Shown in pieces: positions 1-13,900 of a stretch of 64,000 bases of DNA. The stretch is from Tubulanus polymorphus. Lineage: Eukaryota > Animalia > Nemertea. A program made the position numbers and the translations under genes. The DNA lies in the NCBI RefSeq assembly GCF_964204645.1, contig NC_134028.1, forward strand, positions 3,968,001-4,032,000, given 5' to 3'. Within the stretch, counting starts at the first letter, position 1; each line of letters opens with the position of its first letter. The notes under the pieces were generated by a model. It was not told where the DNA came from and made no database searches. It saw only the letters and a program-made list of their open reading frames with translations.

Positions 1-3000
1 CATTTATAAATAATTCATACCGATAAATAGTTTTGTCGTTAACAACAGTTAAGGGCGCATTATTGTTTGTGTGATAAATTTGGCTTTATGTTCATTAGTT
101 ATAAGGTTACTCGGAGCCGAGTAACCATAATAAACGGGTCTATCGGTCTATTTAATAAGCGCGTTCTCTGAGTGTCAAATTGCTACCTTTCTCTTTCTCC
201 GTGCTTAGCAACCGAATTTTTGTCGTATCGACGTTGCGCAATAGTTATCCATGGCGATCGCAAGATTCGTATGGAACTGAACGGACAATGGGCACAAGAT
301 CAGCGATTGGTGAAGATGTTTTGTTGCAACACGGGCGATGTTGCGTAAAAAGATCAAGTCATTACAATAAGTGTACTTGATGCGTATTCCCGCTTTATCC
401 GCGCATTCTCGATGAAGTCATGTCCAAACAGCGGCACAATCACCGCTGACCACTGGGCAGGTGTCGGGTGACACCCAAACGTAAACAACAACGACAAATG
501 CTTTTATAATTTTCCATGTTCTATCTTCAAGTGTGTATGTAGTATGAAAATAAGGGAGCTCTTAGAATCTGTATGTAGGTATTCGAAGAAGCCGGAAAAT
601 GGACAAGTAAAACTATTGTATTTGATAATATGGGTCGTGTTTTATCTCGACATGCACTTCCATTTCGTGATAAGCTTGTTCTTTCGTTCTGTTTCCCAAT
701 TCCGACCAAGTCGTGATGGTTGCCTATAGAAAAATGAATTGGGTCGTTCGTTTGGTTGGCAAAGAATTGATTCTAGATGCTTTAAATATTAAAGACTGAT
801 TCTAGAACGCCGTCAAAGATGACTTTAGATCGATCCTGTGAAGTTCGTAAGATATTCGTAACCTTTCACAAAATGTAATTTAATTCAATTTTCCCTTGAA
901 AAACGCGTTAGATTCAGAATATTTGAAATATTCGGTATGCATTTCAGCGATGAGCGACGGAGCCGAAACTAATTCAGTTGTCGTGTAAATAAAGCGAAAA
1001 TTATACGCATTAAAAATGAAGTGACTACTTTTGATCTGAACTGGGGGATAATAAGTCACAAAGACCGATGATTAAGCTGTAGCTGAAGAGAGATTCTTAT
1101 CTCCGAGATTGCGCCCATCCAGTCAATACAGAACCATCATTCGAAAACAATAGATCTCGCTATCCTCGGCCATCTGCCGAATAATTATCAACCGACCACA
1201 AAAAAACGACCAGTTCTAAAATTACAAATTACGCGAAATTCGATCGCTAAAGTTCTGAAATAAAACATTTTATATACGCATATTTCCAAACGTCAAATAG
1301 AAAACCTTATCGAACTGAGAATTAATGGTTGGTAATCGGTAATGGTAACATTGATATAGCTACAGTGTTTTTATTGAGTAGTCGTACTGTCTGAAAACCG
1401 ACTCTCGAGGGATTCAACGTATAATGGAAATTCAATTGTTATTGTCAACAAGGAGCCGTCGCTGAAGTGACATATTCTGTAATTAAGGAAAATTGAATTC
1501 CGATGTAATGAGTCGTGTTTAATCAAGTGGTAAAAGATAATACCCGACCCTACGTACGATCAGATGTATTTTTTACGAGAAACCACGCATAAACTGGCCG
1601 TCAGATGATACATGTTTAGATTAATACTGAAAATCATCAATTTACGGATCCACCACATATAAACGATGTTATCACTAGATGTTAACAATAAAGATAACTC
1701 GATACCGTTTTGAAACTATTTCTAGATAACGGGTATAGTTACAGTTATTGTCGTGAGTGCAACGAGGGATTATGTAGCACTTGTTCTATCGATGGCCCGT
1801 TGTCATTTGGTATCCGCCACCCGGCTGTGGCTAACAGGTACCTTCACTCGACAGATGGTGGCACAAAAATTCTTCTCCGCAGAAGGTGTTAAAGTCAACC
1901 AATGAACGCCCATTTTCCGTCTCACGTGACTCGAGGCGATGGGCAAAATACAAGTCTTGCGTAGTCGACATCTTAGGCGTAATTCGAAAATTACTTCCCT
2001 TGGGTGACTTAGCTTTTGTGACAACATAGAGCGTATCACTCCGTGCCAATGAGTGGAAAAAACTAAACAGCAGGTGCCCGTTTAAATGCGAGAGAGTCTT
2101 TCTAAACTGAAGTGGCCATAATGTAAATCCAAACCATGGACTTGTAAAAAAATCTAGGCCCACGGGAGAGTCGATTAAAGCTAGAACCTCGTCGCTTGTG
2201 CTGATACACATTTTGTTAAAGTACTTTTTGGAATTTAGAAACTTTTATTTACTATCTTCATACCTCAGAATCGTTACAATAACAACTACGTTATACATTA
2301 CTACATACTACATGCATATCAAATTTTCATTGAGTTAGACCTTCGTAATATCAGCGGAAATCGCTCAGAGGCTCAAAGGCCATATCTGACGGTGACCATA
2401 TCAACTTTCAAATTTTTCTTGGGGTAGGCAAACAGGCCCATATCTGAGCATTGCCTTTAGTTTTGGATTACAAACTTTGTTTTAGCGTCCGTGTTCCAAC
2501 CAAGCTAAAAACGAACCCCGCGCATATTCCTCCACGCAACGGGACTGTTAGATATGGACTTGTTTAATTGTAGCACTTATGAAAATACCGACTCAGCGAA
2601 AACCGGTAGAAACAAATTCATTATTGAATGAATCTATGAATGATAGGAAACTGTATGCGTTACAATGACGTAATATGAGTGGGAGCCTCGGGTATAAGTT
2701 TGTTACGCTCGTGACATAACGGCGCAAAGTGGTCGTTAAATTCCGTAATGAATAGAAACTATCATTGAAAATACGCCTTGGAAACGAGGGCCATATTTCT
2801 ACCCTAAATTGAAGAAATTAATGATCAGGATTCACTAATTTGAAACTTAACCGCCGCGAATCGCATCGAGCGAGTATTCGAACTTCGGTTTTGACTGAAT
2901 GGTTGACCCTAACCTTGGATGAATCATTCTAACGGACTCTTCATTCATCCATTTATTTCATTCAGTTGTTTGGCCAGACTGGAAATATTTATGAATGGGA

Positions 3001-6000
3001 TCATAAAAAAACCCAGTGTGAATGGTCATAGTATACGCTGCACAATAAGAAAAAAATCCGTCAGATATTTGATCACGCTGTAATAATAATGAAATAACTG
3101 ACCCCGGTCAGGTTGACCAGGTCAGTCTGACCCGGAAGCGTCTGAATCGACCAAGCACAATAGCAAAAAACATTCAGCTCTTCTTCTCGAGTTGGAAATT
3201 CTAAAGATTTAAAGATTGACCCGGATTTCTTTAAGAAAAAAAACTTGACCGATCCTACAAGGAAAAAAATGACCAGGCGGTAGCCTCGTTCAATGCCTTC
3301 TTTTGTCATTTCGCTCGACCGCTTAACAATGAGAATGTTTGACCATCGCTGGAGGCTTGTGACGATCCGCGGCTATAGACAACACACGACTGAATTTTGC
3401 ACCGTCGAACCCGCGTTTGTCCGAGTGTATGGAAGCAGAGAATCTCTTCGATCGGTTACAATTCAGAAAATTTCACTCGTTGATGGAAAAACTTCAAACG
3501 ACTTTTCGAAAATGAATTAATTTCAAACACTTTACTTAATTTGTGGAATTTATACCATCCCTAGGATGAAAGGCAATTTTCCTTGCGAACGATTCCAATT
3601 AGATTTTTGATAAATTGTCTTTTATCATATTTTTGACGTGAAATGCGTCAGACCAGGTCTATAACACGATACATAATGTGCACAAAAGTTTGAAATTTGT
3701 AGGAAGTTCAGGGCGACTACCTTCAATAGTTCGTTAGATTTCAATTCATTCAATGAAAAGTTCCCGAGCGCAGTAAAACGCGTTGGTTTATGCACGTTAC
3801 ACATACATACATCCCATCACGAGTCCGATACTGATTCGGTTTTAAGAGCTAAGGATACTGTAACTTTAACGTCGAGTAATCAAAATACGAACAATCGTAT
3901 TCCACGTGGAATTAATTCATCTTATTATTAATGAATAAACATGGAAGTGTGTAAGTTAATAGTAATCAAAGAGCATAATTGATTCGAGACACCGGCAAAA
4001 ACACGACGTGTTCGAGTTTATTAAAGTACAAACACTCGGCGTCTGCTCGAGTGCGAATAACGACTTCGACGTCGTGTGACGTAATGTCGGTTTGCACTTT
4101 AAGGAGTAATCAACGTTAACTGAAGATAAAGTCGCAAATTTCGCCCGACCCCCTAGAGACCATCACGGTAGTCTCAATTCTCATAATGATAGCAAATTAA
4201 GCCACTAGGGAGCCAGGAATTCTTAGGGATATTTGATATTTGCAAATAGATTTGACCATCGTTTATTTCTCGAAACAATTTGTCTTAGACCGACAAATAA
4301 TTAGACGAAAACAACTGTAATCCTGTCTAATTTTCACCAATCAGCTTCGTTCAATTCGCTAGTTATGATATTTCCAAAGGGTCACTGAAGTGTGCAATCA
4401 GCAATACGATGAGTTGAAGAAAATATCAATAAATAAGATGAAGTAATGCAGGAAATATGTAATGAGTTTCCCCTATCATATATCCACATGGCTTTGGTGT
4501 AGATATTGACCATTATTACGCGCAGAGATGTTTTTTTTGGCCAGCTACTTTTTATGAAGCCCGCGAACCCCATGTGTGCTGCAGTATGATGACTTTCTAT
4601 TCTGAAATCACCATTATGAGAACCCAAATTCAGGCACGTGCATAAAAATCGAGATATTATTCGGCGAGAAAAGTTTTCATGTCTTCAGACTACCCGTCTC
4701 CTGGCGCACATGAATACCCGGATTGCGCAATGAATACGGTTAGGCGACAGTTACTGATGCAATTGTCGAAACAATCATTTTTATTCGCAAATGGAAACAA
4801 TTCGTACGCGTGCGGTTTAGGGATATTAAATCAAACTAATGGTCATGTATATTTTACGAGTATTCTTTGTAAAGGAAGATGTCTAAGTTTATCATTTGTT
4901 CCTCCAGTTTTTGGCATATGGTCTGTCAAGTTGACAGCGCAGGTGAGGGGCCATCAACAGATGCAACATCGGATGGCTGTTACGCCAAATTTCAAGATCT
5001 ATAATAGAAATCGGCATGGGGGACCGGGAAAAAGTCTGACAACGTGAGACAACTAATAAGTAGCCACGTGAACTTTGGTTTGGTTGACGTATCGTTTTTA
5101 TTTTCGACAATAAGTAAACGGTATGGACGAAATAAACCACGCTTTCAGTATTTCATCGAGACACGCGGCTTATGGAGACAATTGCATCTACGACAGGTGA
5201 AACCGCAGACGCCCTGCTACAAAATGATGATTAATGCATATAACTGAAGAGAATTGAAGAGAAGAGGTGTTTATGTGACCAGGTGGACTCCGTTATTATC
5301 CTTTTGTCGAGTTTTTGCAACGTTTTTTACAAAACAATGATCTTTTCCATCGAATAGTGCTCTTAAAATCATGCTTTGTACGTATTTGTCAGAGAAAATC
5401 TGCCATAAACATCGTTTGCGTGCCCAGCGCGACGGTCTGCGCGATGCGCAAAACACAACTTCTGAAAAGTTTTAAACTAGCGCGCCACGTAATTGCGTGA
5501 CGCATGCGCCTTCAAGGCACGCTGCTGTTCAATGGCTGTTGACTTCAGCTTGCCGAAAAAAATGACAAATCCTCGAGCGCGCCTAGACAAAAATTACTTA
5601 ATTCCATTACCCGCCCTGAACAACGCTCAACAACATCTACGTGTCTATTGTTCAAATGCATCTTATTGTGCCAGGAAATAAAAGACACTTTAGCTAGTCA
5701 CATATACATACACCGGGCATGTGCACCTTATTTCGGTACGATTCAGAAAATAAAAAAGGCACGATGCATATAAACACATCTAGCGCTGTATAGACATTAT
5801 ATAAGAACGTCGGTAAAATTGAATTTATTCACGTCAGAGGTTGTAGTGGGTACTTAAGAATTCCAATACAAAGGGTCTCGCCTCGAAATACAAATGTACA
5901 AAGTAAAAATGTATTTGTGTGTGTGTGTAAAGATGGAAAAAGCCTCCTTCAGATATATCGGTCGTTTGGATGGAAGTTTAGAAGTTGTCGAGCCCGCTAA

Positions 6001-6077
6001 GATTTTAATCTTTCAGTTATAAACCGCGGTGATAAAGACCAGCCGATTTTAATCCATCGATCGCGTCGAACTCGCCT

Positions 6078-6400
6078 CTGATTGGCTGCTACGACAAACT
6101 CCAAACGCTCGCTGATCTTGAGTGTATTTACATGTGAAACGTGAACTTCGTGTCGTCTGCGACATCATAAAAGGCCATGGGCGGACTTGGCGCTGGATGA
6201 AGGGCAATATGGGTATAAAATCAAATTGGTAACACACGACTATTTATACTTAACACGCGACGTTGTCGAAGCAGGTTGACTGAGAGACGGCTCCAAAATA
6301 TTTGGACAAGTTTCACATTTTCATCTTGATCTTCATTCAGTATCTTCACGCAGACATTTTACATATTACTTTGGATTTTTAATCACTAAGCTAAAATCAA
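6078..6400 (+). promoter_or_regulatory. Putative neurogenin promoter and non-coding exon 1; 5'UTR intron 6401-6950
   Basis: Inverted CCAAT (GATTGG ~6080), TATAAAA ~6214, strong donor AA|GTAAGT at 6401, matching acceptor at 6950. Confidence 0.6.
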
Positions 6401-6982
6401 GTAAGTATTTTGGTCAACTATTCAAATAACATAATTTTCCGACAATCAATCGATTACTTTCCAAATTCCTTAACTTGTTAGACTCTGAAATCTGAAAATC
6501 TTATTAATGGATTCTTGGAATATTTTCTAAGTATTAAATTATTCAGTTTCGCTGTATTTCATTATTGAACTGGAAATTGGTTATTAGATTTTTAGAATAA
6601 ACAATCCAACAGCCGATCCTCTGATTTGTTTATTTCAAACTTAATTGAAGACACGCTTATGTCGCAGAAAAGTCTGCAGCGTGTTTGTTTAGTAATCTAT
6701 GGCGTAAACAGAACTGCAAGATGGAAGAAAATTAACTTTGATATGTACGAATGATATATTATTAGCTTGAATAAGAATCAAACATCAAACGCAAAACGGC
6801 GTATTTTAGGTCAGGTTTTGGGAATCAATTATGCTGTCTTGTTGGAGTGACGTGTTTCAATGGAGGCTGGATATCAATAGACGGAATCTCGGGCGTCGCA
6901 TATAAAAGACAGCCATTGAAAACATTTCTAATCAGTTCCTTTTACTTCAGGTGCCGTGTACGCATCGTCAAGAGAGAGAGAG

Positions 6983-7954
6983 ATGAACGCCGAGCTATTT
7001 CAAGCATCGCGCCCCGACATCTGCGCTAGCGCTAGTCAAGACGGGCAGGTTGAAGCCGCGGATACTACGAGCGCAACACCAGACATGAAACCTATAATAG
7101 ACGAGTCGGGAGAATCGACGAAGAAAACTGCACCGCCGAAGAAAGGCGCGCGAAAGAGAACCGAAACCAATAACAACAACGATAGCGAAAATACGGGGGT
7201 AGTAAAGAAGAAGCGTTACTCGAAATCGAGGCAGAAAGAAAAGAATCCGAATTTAGTTATCAAAATGAAAAAAATCCGACGAGTAAAAGCGAACGATCGC
7301 GAACGCAATCGCATGCATAGTTTAAACGATGCTTTGGACGTGCTACGCGATGCTTTACCCACGTTACCGGATGAGGCGAAACTGACGAAAATCGAAACGC
7401 TTCGAATGGCTCATAACTACATCTGGGCGTTGAGCGAAACATTGAAGGTTCTCGAAGTCGATCCGAACGCGTCGGTGGGATTACCAACTCTGGATCCGTC
7501 TGCTGCCGATACTAGCGGATTTACGACGGACACGAACACGGTCGATTATTCGACGGACAATTCACCGGTAAGCTCGCCTTGTCCCGGCAGCGTCGACGCG
7601 CCTCTGACGCCTTCGTGCGGCGAGAACTCACCGCTCGGACTTACCACCTACAACTACGACGTGATGTCGCCGTGCTCGATGTACGAACAGAAAATATCAA
7701 CTCATCATTCGCCTCGTCCGCAACAGCAAATACTATTCGACCAAAAACTACTGGCGACTCACGAATTATACGAACACAATATCATGGACAATAACCGACT
7801 TTACGAACAGAAATTTACGGACAATCGACATTCGTTTTTTAGTTCTAATAATAACGGTTGGTTGCCAAATCATCCTTCATCGTCACCGATTCTGTCAAAC
7901 TATATCGAACACTCTATGTACTCTCCGCGACCGAACGAGCATTTCGGAGTTTAA
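6983..7954 (+). CDS. NEUROG: Neurogenin (proneural bHLH transcription factor), single coding exon
   Basis: b[59 protein letters not shown] carries the neurogenin-diagnostic AHNYIWAL helix 2. First ATG after the acceptor TTTTACTTCAG (ends 6950) is at 6983; Ser/Pro-rich C-terminus. Confidence 0.95.
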   Translation: MNAELFQASRPDICASASQDGQVEAADTTSATPDMKPIIDESGESTKKTAPPKKGARKRTETNNNNDSENTGVVKKKRYSKSRQKEKNPNLVIKMKKIRRVKANDRERNRMHSLNDALDVLRDALPTLPDEAKLTKIETLRMAHNYIWALSETLKVLEVDPNASVGLPTLDPSAADTSGFTTDTNTVDYSTDNSPVSSPCPGSVDAPLTPSCGENSPLGLTTYNYDVMSPCSMYEQKISTHHSPRPQQQILFDQKLLATHELYEHNIMDNNRLYEQKFTDNRHSFFSSNNNGWLPNHPSSSPILSNYIEHSMYSPRPNEHFGV

Positions 7955-10900
7955 ACAACAATAACAAAACAGGTGAATACATAATTATGAATTTCTAATA
8001 GACTTGATAGATAATTGTCGTTCGGATTATTGAAAGGAGCTACCGAAATATTACGAACTTTTTCTCTGTGATTTTATGAAACAATAGTGTGACTATTTAT
8101 ATACTATATAATATATCAAATGGTAATTTATTGAACAGCTTAATAACGATGATATGTGTGAAAAATGTGTTATATACAGAAATGTAAATATGTAATATGA
8201 GATATCTAGCGCATTTTGATTGCTATATTTTTCTATGTAGATATATGTTGAGAAGATTTGTCCATATAGTTTTTTATCGATATACATAATTCGTATATGC
8301 ATTTTGCCGTATTGCATTTTTAAATGATCAGTTTAGAAAAAAGTTTAAATCTATGCACAATTTCATTAACACGAGCCACCATATTCCTTCATCCAGCTGT
8401 GAGCAACACTTCGTATTTCAAATCTTTTTTCTATCTTACATGTAAAATCTGCATGTATACATTCCAATACACAGCGAGAGTTTTAAAAATCTGTCTTCCG
8501 GGGAGTCAATTTGGGCCTGCTTCTTTCATGTGCACGTCGTTCGGTCGACAAAAGAACGTCGATGTTACTTTGCCCTTAAAGCGACTGTGCACGTGCGCGC
8601 CATTATACCCAAGACGACCGAGCCATGCATTTTATAAAGAAATACTTTTTTCATCGACGAAAGATTATGAACTGCCTTAAAATGACGACGGCGGCCTATT
8701 TAACGTCGACCCGTCAATCTTTCAGCAAAAATCTAGGTATATACGTGATAATTGGCAGACACATGTTTTGTATATCTTTGTATATATTGTGAATAATATA
8801 TGTATATATCATTTTTACTCATTGCCAAATCGTTTAATTATGCATATTTTTAATAAATATCAAATATGTTTATAAGTAAGACTATTTTCTTCGTTGTTAA
8901 TGATTTCTCATTTTTGAAATCTGACATAGTCCAGTTATCCAGCGGATCGTGCGCATTTGAGTGCCAGGGAGATCTCAATGAACCAACGGCGAAGTCCATA
9001 CTTTATTGTCCGTCTCTCCTCTTCACTCATAAATCGGCTTATCTCATGCTTTTTAGTCTTAGGTCTATTGTCCAGGTGAACGCCCGCGTATGGACTTACA
9101 CCGCAACGAACCAAATACAAGCTACTAGGCCACGGAATTTGCATGTGCACCGGGCGAATATAGACAAAAAGTAACAGGGCGTTGAAATGGTTGACTCTAG
9201 ACGTTTTGAGCCCCGGTTTTACTTCTTTTTTTCACATTGGCGACGATATTTATATGAACAGAAGAAAAAAGCCCGAGGATTTGACCTGTAAAAATCTCGG
9301 AGAGCGATTCTCTTTCTACACACAAGAAATCCATCATTGGTTTTTTTGTTGCCCGATTACAAAGAATGTTCGCTCAAATGTGAATGCCGAGTATAGCAAA
9401 GAATTTTACATGACAAAAATACTTAAAATTCTTTCTTAAAACCGTGTCACCCGTGAGGCTAAATTTTTCACAATTGAAAAAGATTTGCCAATTTTTTGTG
9501 CATTATAAGCCTTGGCAATGAATAGGGCCTTTGTGGACCAGGATTCTGGCTCCGTTTTCAGTTTAGGGATTTCAATGGTTCGGGTTTGTTCATTTTGTGA
9601 GTATTTTCTTCCACATCGCAAAGAGAGACAGAGAGAGGAGAGAGAGAGGGGAGAAGCATTTTTATGCGCTGATTATATGTCGATGGCGGGGAGCTCGGTT
9701 GCCTCGAACTGATTGGAAGCACACGCGCCTCTGACTGGTCGCAGACGTCACAACAATGGCGGACGTGTGCGCGAGAATAAATATCTCACTTGAAAAACTT
9801 CGAATCGCATTGAGTCTTTATGGTCTCACCGTATCAGGTACCAAAAATCACCGAAGAATTATTTAGTCGATAAAAATTGCTTCATAAATTGCGTAGCCGA
9901 TGATATATGGGTAGACGCAGGGTGGTCTTATTGCTCATAGTGATTTGTCAAACTCACCGATATTTTTTTGTTTTTGTCGAGTCGTGCCGAGAATCTAAGG
10001 ATCGTTTACTTCGAGCCCAAATGTAACGACAACAAAATCACTAGATACTTTTATAGACATGCGTGTCAGAATTTCATATGTATAGATTTTGTCGCATCTT
10101 CGTGAATTCATTATCATTTAGGCTCGCATTCGAACTTACGCTGCCTATTAAGTCGAATATGGGTTAATGTTTATGTGTACATATGGCAGGTGGTTGCTGG
10201 CTTCGACTACGATGGTCACATCGCTACATATCGACCTATGTAGACACATGGACACGATTCATGTCTTAAAGAACCTTGGCAAAAATTTGCGGCAATATGA
10301 CCAAGACGTTCATTATAGGCTTTTGTTTTAGAAATTCGATTCGATATTAAAGCGTGTTTTCTGTTTCTTTTCGAATAAGATGATACGGATTGTTCTTGAT
10401 TTTGGAATCACTCGCATTGACAAGCCCAGGTGAATTTTCATAACTTCCCTTAACGACAAAATCAGGCATAAAAATCAGTGCTTCGGCGGAAAACTCAATC
10501 TTTTATCAATGAATAGACGGTAGATGGTGGAGTGTTTATTCAAAATAGGGCCGCGTGTGTGCGATAATGTATTTCCGTTGAGCTAAACCCGTTTATGGAT
10601 CCGCAAACACCCAGCACAAGAAGCCCGATACAAAAACTAAGAATGCCTTTCTGTTTGCTGAGATCTTAAACAAATAGTTGGCGACAGGCTTGCAATGGGT
10701 ATCCGTGAACATTATGAGTTTATGACCGACGCCAGGGGTGGGGCCACTGGTATGTCCAAAGACCAAAGAATACATGCATGCGGTCATTCCATCGAAGTTC
10801 GTTGACTTTAGGAAATAATTTCGATACACGAAATCGTGACATGTTTACATTACAATTCAGTTTCTTCATTATCTCGAATAAACAATTTTTTAAACGTAAT

Positions 10901-13900
10901 TGAATATAATTCTCCTCATCTCCCTAAAATTCGATGATATAGATCATTTCTAGTTTTGAATTTCTTTTGATTATGATTCATATATGCCAAAATCCGAACG
11001 TCTCCCGTAGTTCGATCGGAACAACACTTCCGTTACAAGTAGCCGGGGAGAAAATTGGATTATAAACATTTAAGATTCGCCGAGGAATTTTGGCTTTCGT
11101 TAATCCAACGGATTTCACTAATGATTGCGTCCTATAAATACGAAGAATGCTTCCATCGAATTGGCGAAGTCTCAATTTCTAAACTGCGCGCACAAAGAGT
11201 CGAAGGATTAAACATTTTCTGGACGCCGAGACAACTGGCTATTCTATCTACGCATTATGTGTGTATCTATGGCTATACATTTTTATAATTCAGCCCACAT
11301 TGAATAAATCGCTTCTAATTCGTGTTTTTAACGTTCGAATGAGTGCAGTCGACGAATTTTCTACCCATTTTATAGTAGCTTAAAATTTCATCTTGACTGC
11401 CTGCTGTGAATTTAAACGTGTTCGCCGGTTTATTTTTGGTCCACCGTCTTGTAAGCCCCTGGTCAAAATAAGGTATTGGACGTATCATTATTGCGCTTGG
11501 ATAGTTTTATCTGCGAGTCCTATCTGCGTACATACCCTCCCGCAGGGCGGACAAAGGAAACTCCGATATGAAGCTTGAATATATTCTGGACAAAGCTGTA
11601 TTTCAGATATAAACATTTTGTGACGAGATATGATCTCAAATCTACATCAAACCTATTTTTGGTGTTGTTTGTTTTGTTGCTGTGTGCCTTAGTAAACAAT
11701 ACGTTAGTGTTCTTGCGTGGAAATATGTGTTTTAGACATTTTCACCTAAAAAGATTTTCGAAAAGACTATATTGAGCCCGAAGAATGACCATACAAACGA
11801 TAGTTTAAGTGCCCGGTGATTTCGTGTTCAGTTGCCACGGGACCGCAATCAAGAATGTTTGGAGAGATCATAAGCACCAGTTTATTTGTTGGTTCTCATT
11901 GAGGACACGCGTCCAAAATAAAGAACGCCGTTATTCGTGTACTTTCACCTTTCACCCAGTATAAACATTTATAGTTTCTATATCGTTGAATGAAAGCCCT
12001 TGTTTGCAAGTTGCAAATGTAAAATGCCAGGTATCTAACGCGAGGACGTTGAACTGTTTAATGCGTTGAACATTACTCAGTAAACGGTGTCGCCAATCAG
12101 TATGATATGAAAATCAATCAATATATGCGTTATATATCCATCTATTATTATTCTAAAATCGAAGTAAATCAGATGAAAAGAACGACAATCAACACGTCGT
12201 GTTTCTTTATTTTGATCCTGATGGGTGCATCCGGTTGTTCCACAGAGTTAACAACAGGAAGCTGCGCGCGAGTTGATTCACTCGCACCTAGCTAATGATT
12301 GAAGATCATCGGAAATAAATTTCAACTCTCAAATGAAATCCTACGATTGTGGAAAAACGGTTTCAAACAATATTTTGCAATAATCATTAACTAGCAATGA
12401 AAAACAACTTATTACAATGCGAGTGTTCGAATCCTCGCAGTTTCTGCCTCGGGCATGGCTGGTGGCTGATGGCTTATACGTAAGGTCAAATCGATATTAT
12501 CAGATTTTGCCATTTCTGAGATACAGCCGGCGGCGGCTCTAGGACATCTCGACAAACAGTAATAATCGAGGCTTAGTAAATGGTATTATACTAAGTTGTT
12601 GTAATCCGCAGATATAAACGATTATCGTAGAATATCAAAACGGATCAAAGAACCGCGTCTGTGATCGGGTTAGCAACGACTACGTAATACAACGTGATCG
12701 ATTCTGCCGATTATTGCAAACTTTTACGCGATTCAAATCCGAAAACTGATAATACACTGACCCCGAAATCAGATGCGTTAGATATTCGTGAATTCAGTCT
12801 TTGTCCGGCACGAAAAGGAAAATATGGCTGGCATACACACCGCAAAACCGATCCTTCATTCAACCGCAATCTCTGTTGATTGTACGCGGTGCTAGAAACA
12901 AGTGGGTCTGTTCTTCCGTTTGATTGGCTCGGCTTGCTTCATCTTCGTTTTAAATAATATTCAAACAGAAAATCTGGGTTCAAACTCAATTGGAGGCCAC
13001 AGTTATCTCGAGTTACAGCGGGACCATGTGCGTTATTCGAATTCAACGAACAAAAAAGCAATTTAAGGAACCGATCGATTTTTTCCCAAAAACCTAAAGG
13101 TAAAAAAAGAAAAAAAAATCTCACCGGAAGTTTGCGCATCCTGTAGATGAATATACGAAATGTAAAGCAACAACAACAAAAAAACTTGAGCAGAAACAGA
13201 CGAACACCTTTACCACGACCTTGAAGATATGTATGTATATATATCATTTATCCGCACAATTGCATGTCGTGAATGAGACAATTGTGAAAGAAATCGCTTT
13301 AAAATCATCAACGTCTCGAAAATCGGTTTATTTCACTGAATAGAAAACCACTCACAATTCTTTCCAATGGAGATCTACAATGCTACATAATGATAAATGG
13401 CTTCGTCGGAGGCCACATTCAATTCCCTACATCTTCATTCTATAAATATACGGCTATAAAATACTAGATATTTTCGCTTCGGTAATTCTGAAATCGTCTG
13501 TGACACACGCAGTTTGCTGTCGTTAAACTATCGTCTGTTTATTGTGAAGCATCATTCAAAAAAAATATACACCAGCGCATCAATAATGTTACCGATGACG
13601 GGCATAGAAAATCGACGCGATATTACCGGAAGTTATATACTTGTAACACAAAAAACAAGTTTTTATAACCAGATTCGATGAATGTATAGCCGCAATGGTT
13701 CGTGTTGAAACCCGAGCCACAAAGCCCTGGGCAAAATACCTACTTTTTTATCCTATACAGTCTTTTGATTGTAGTATACGTGTATATATATATATATATA
13801 TATATATAGATGCCTTGAAAATAGGTATTGAGATATTAGAAAAAAAGCAGAAATCTAGTTAATTCAATTTGATGCCCATTCATTCACACTGTAGCTTGTT

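Noticed and set aside
1-5900. Numerous 60-126 aa ORFs upstream of neurogenin
   Set aside because: No domain similarity or splice-consistent structure; lengths are compatible with chance.
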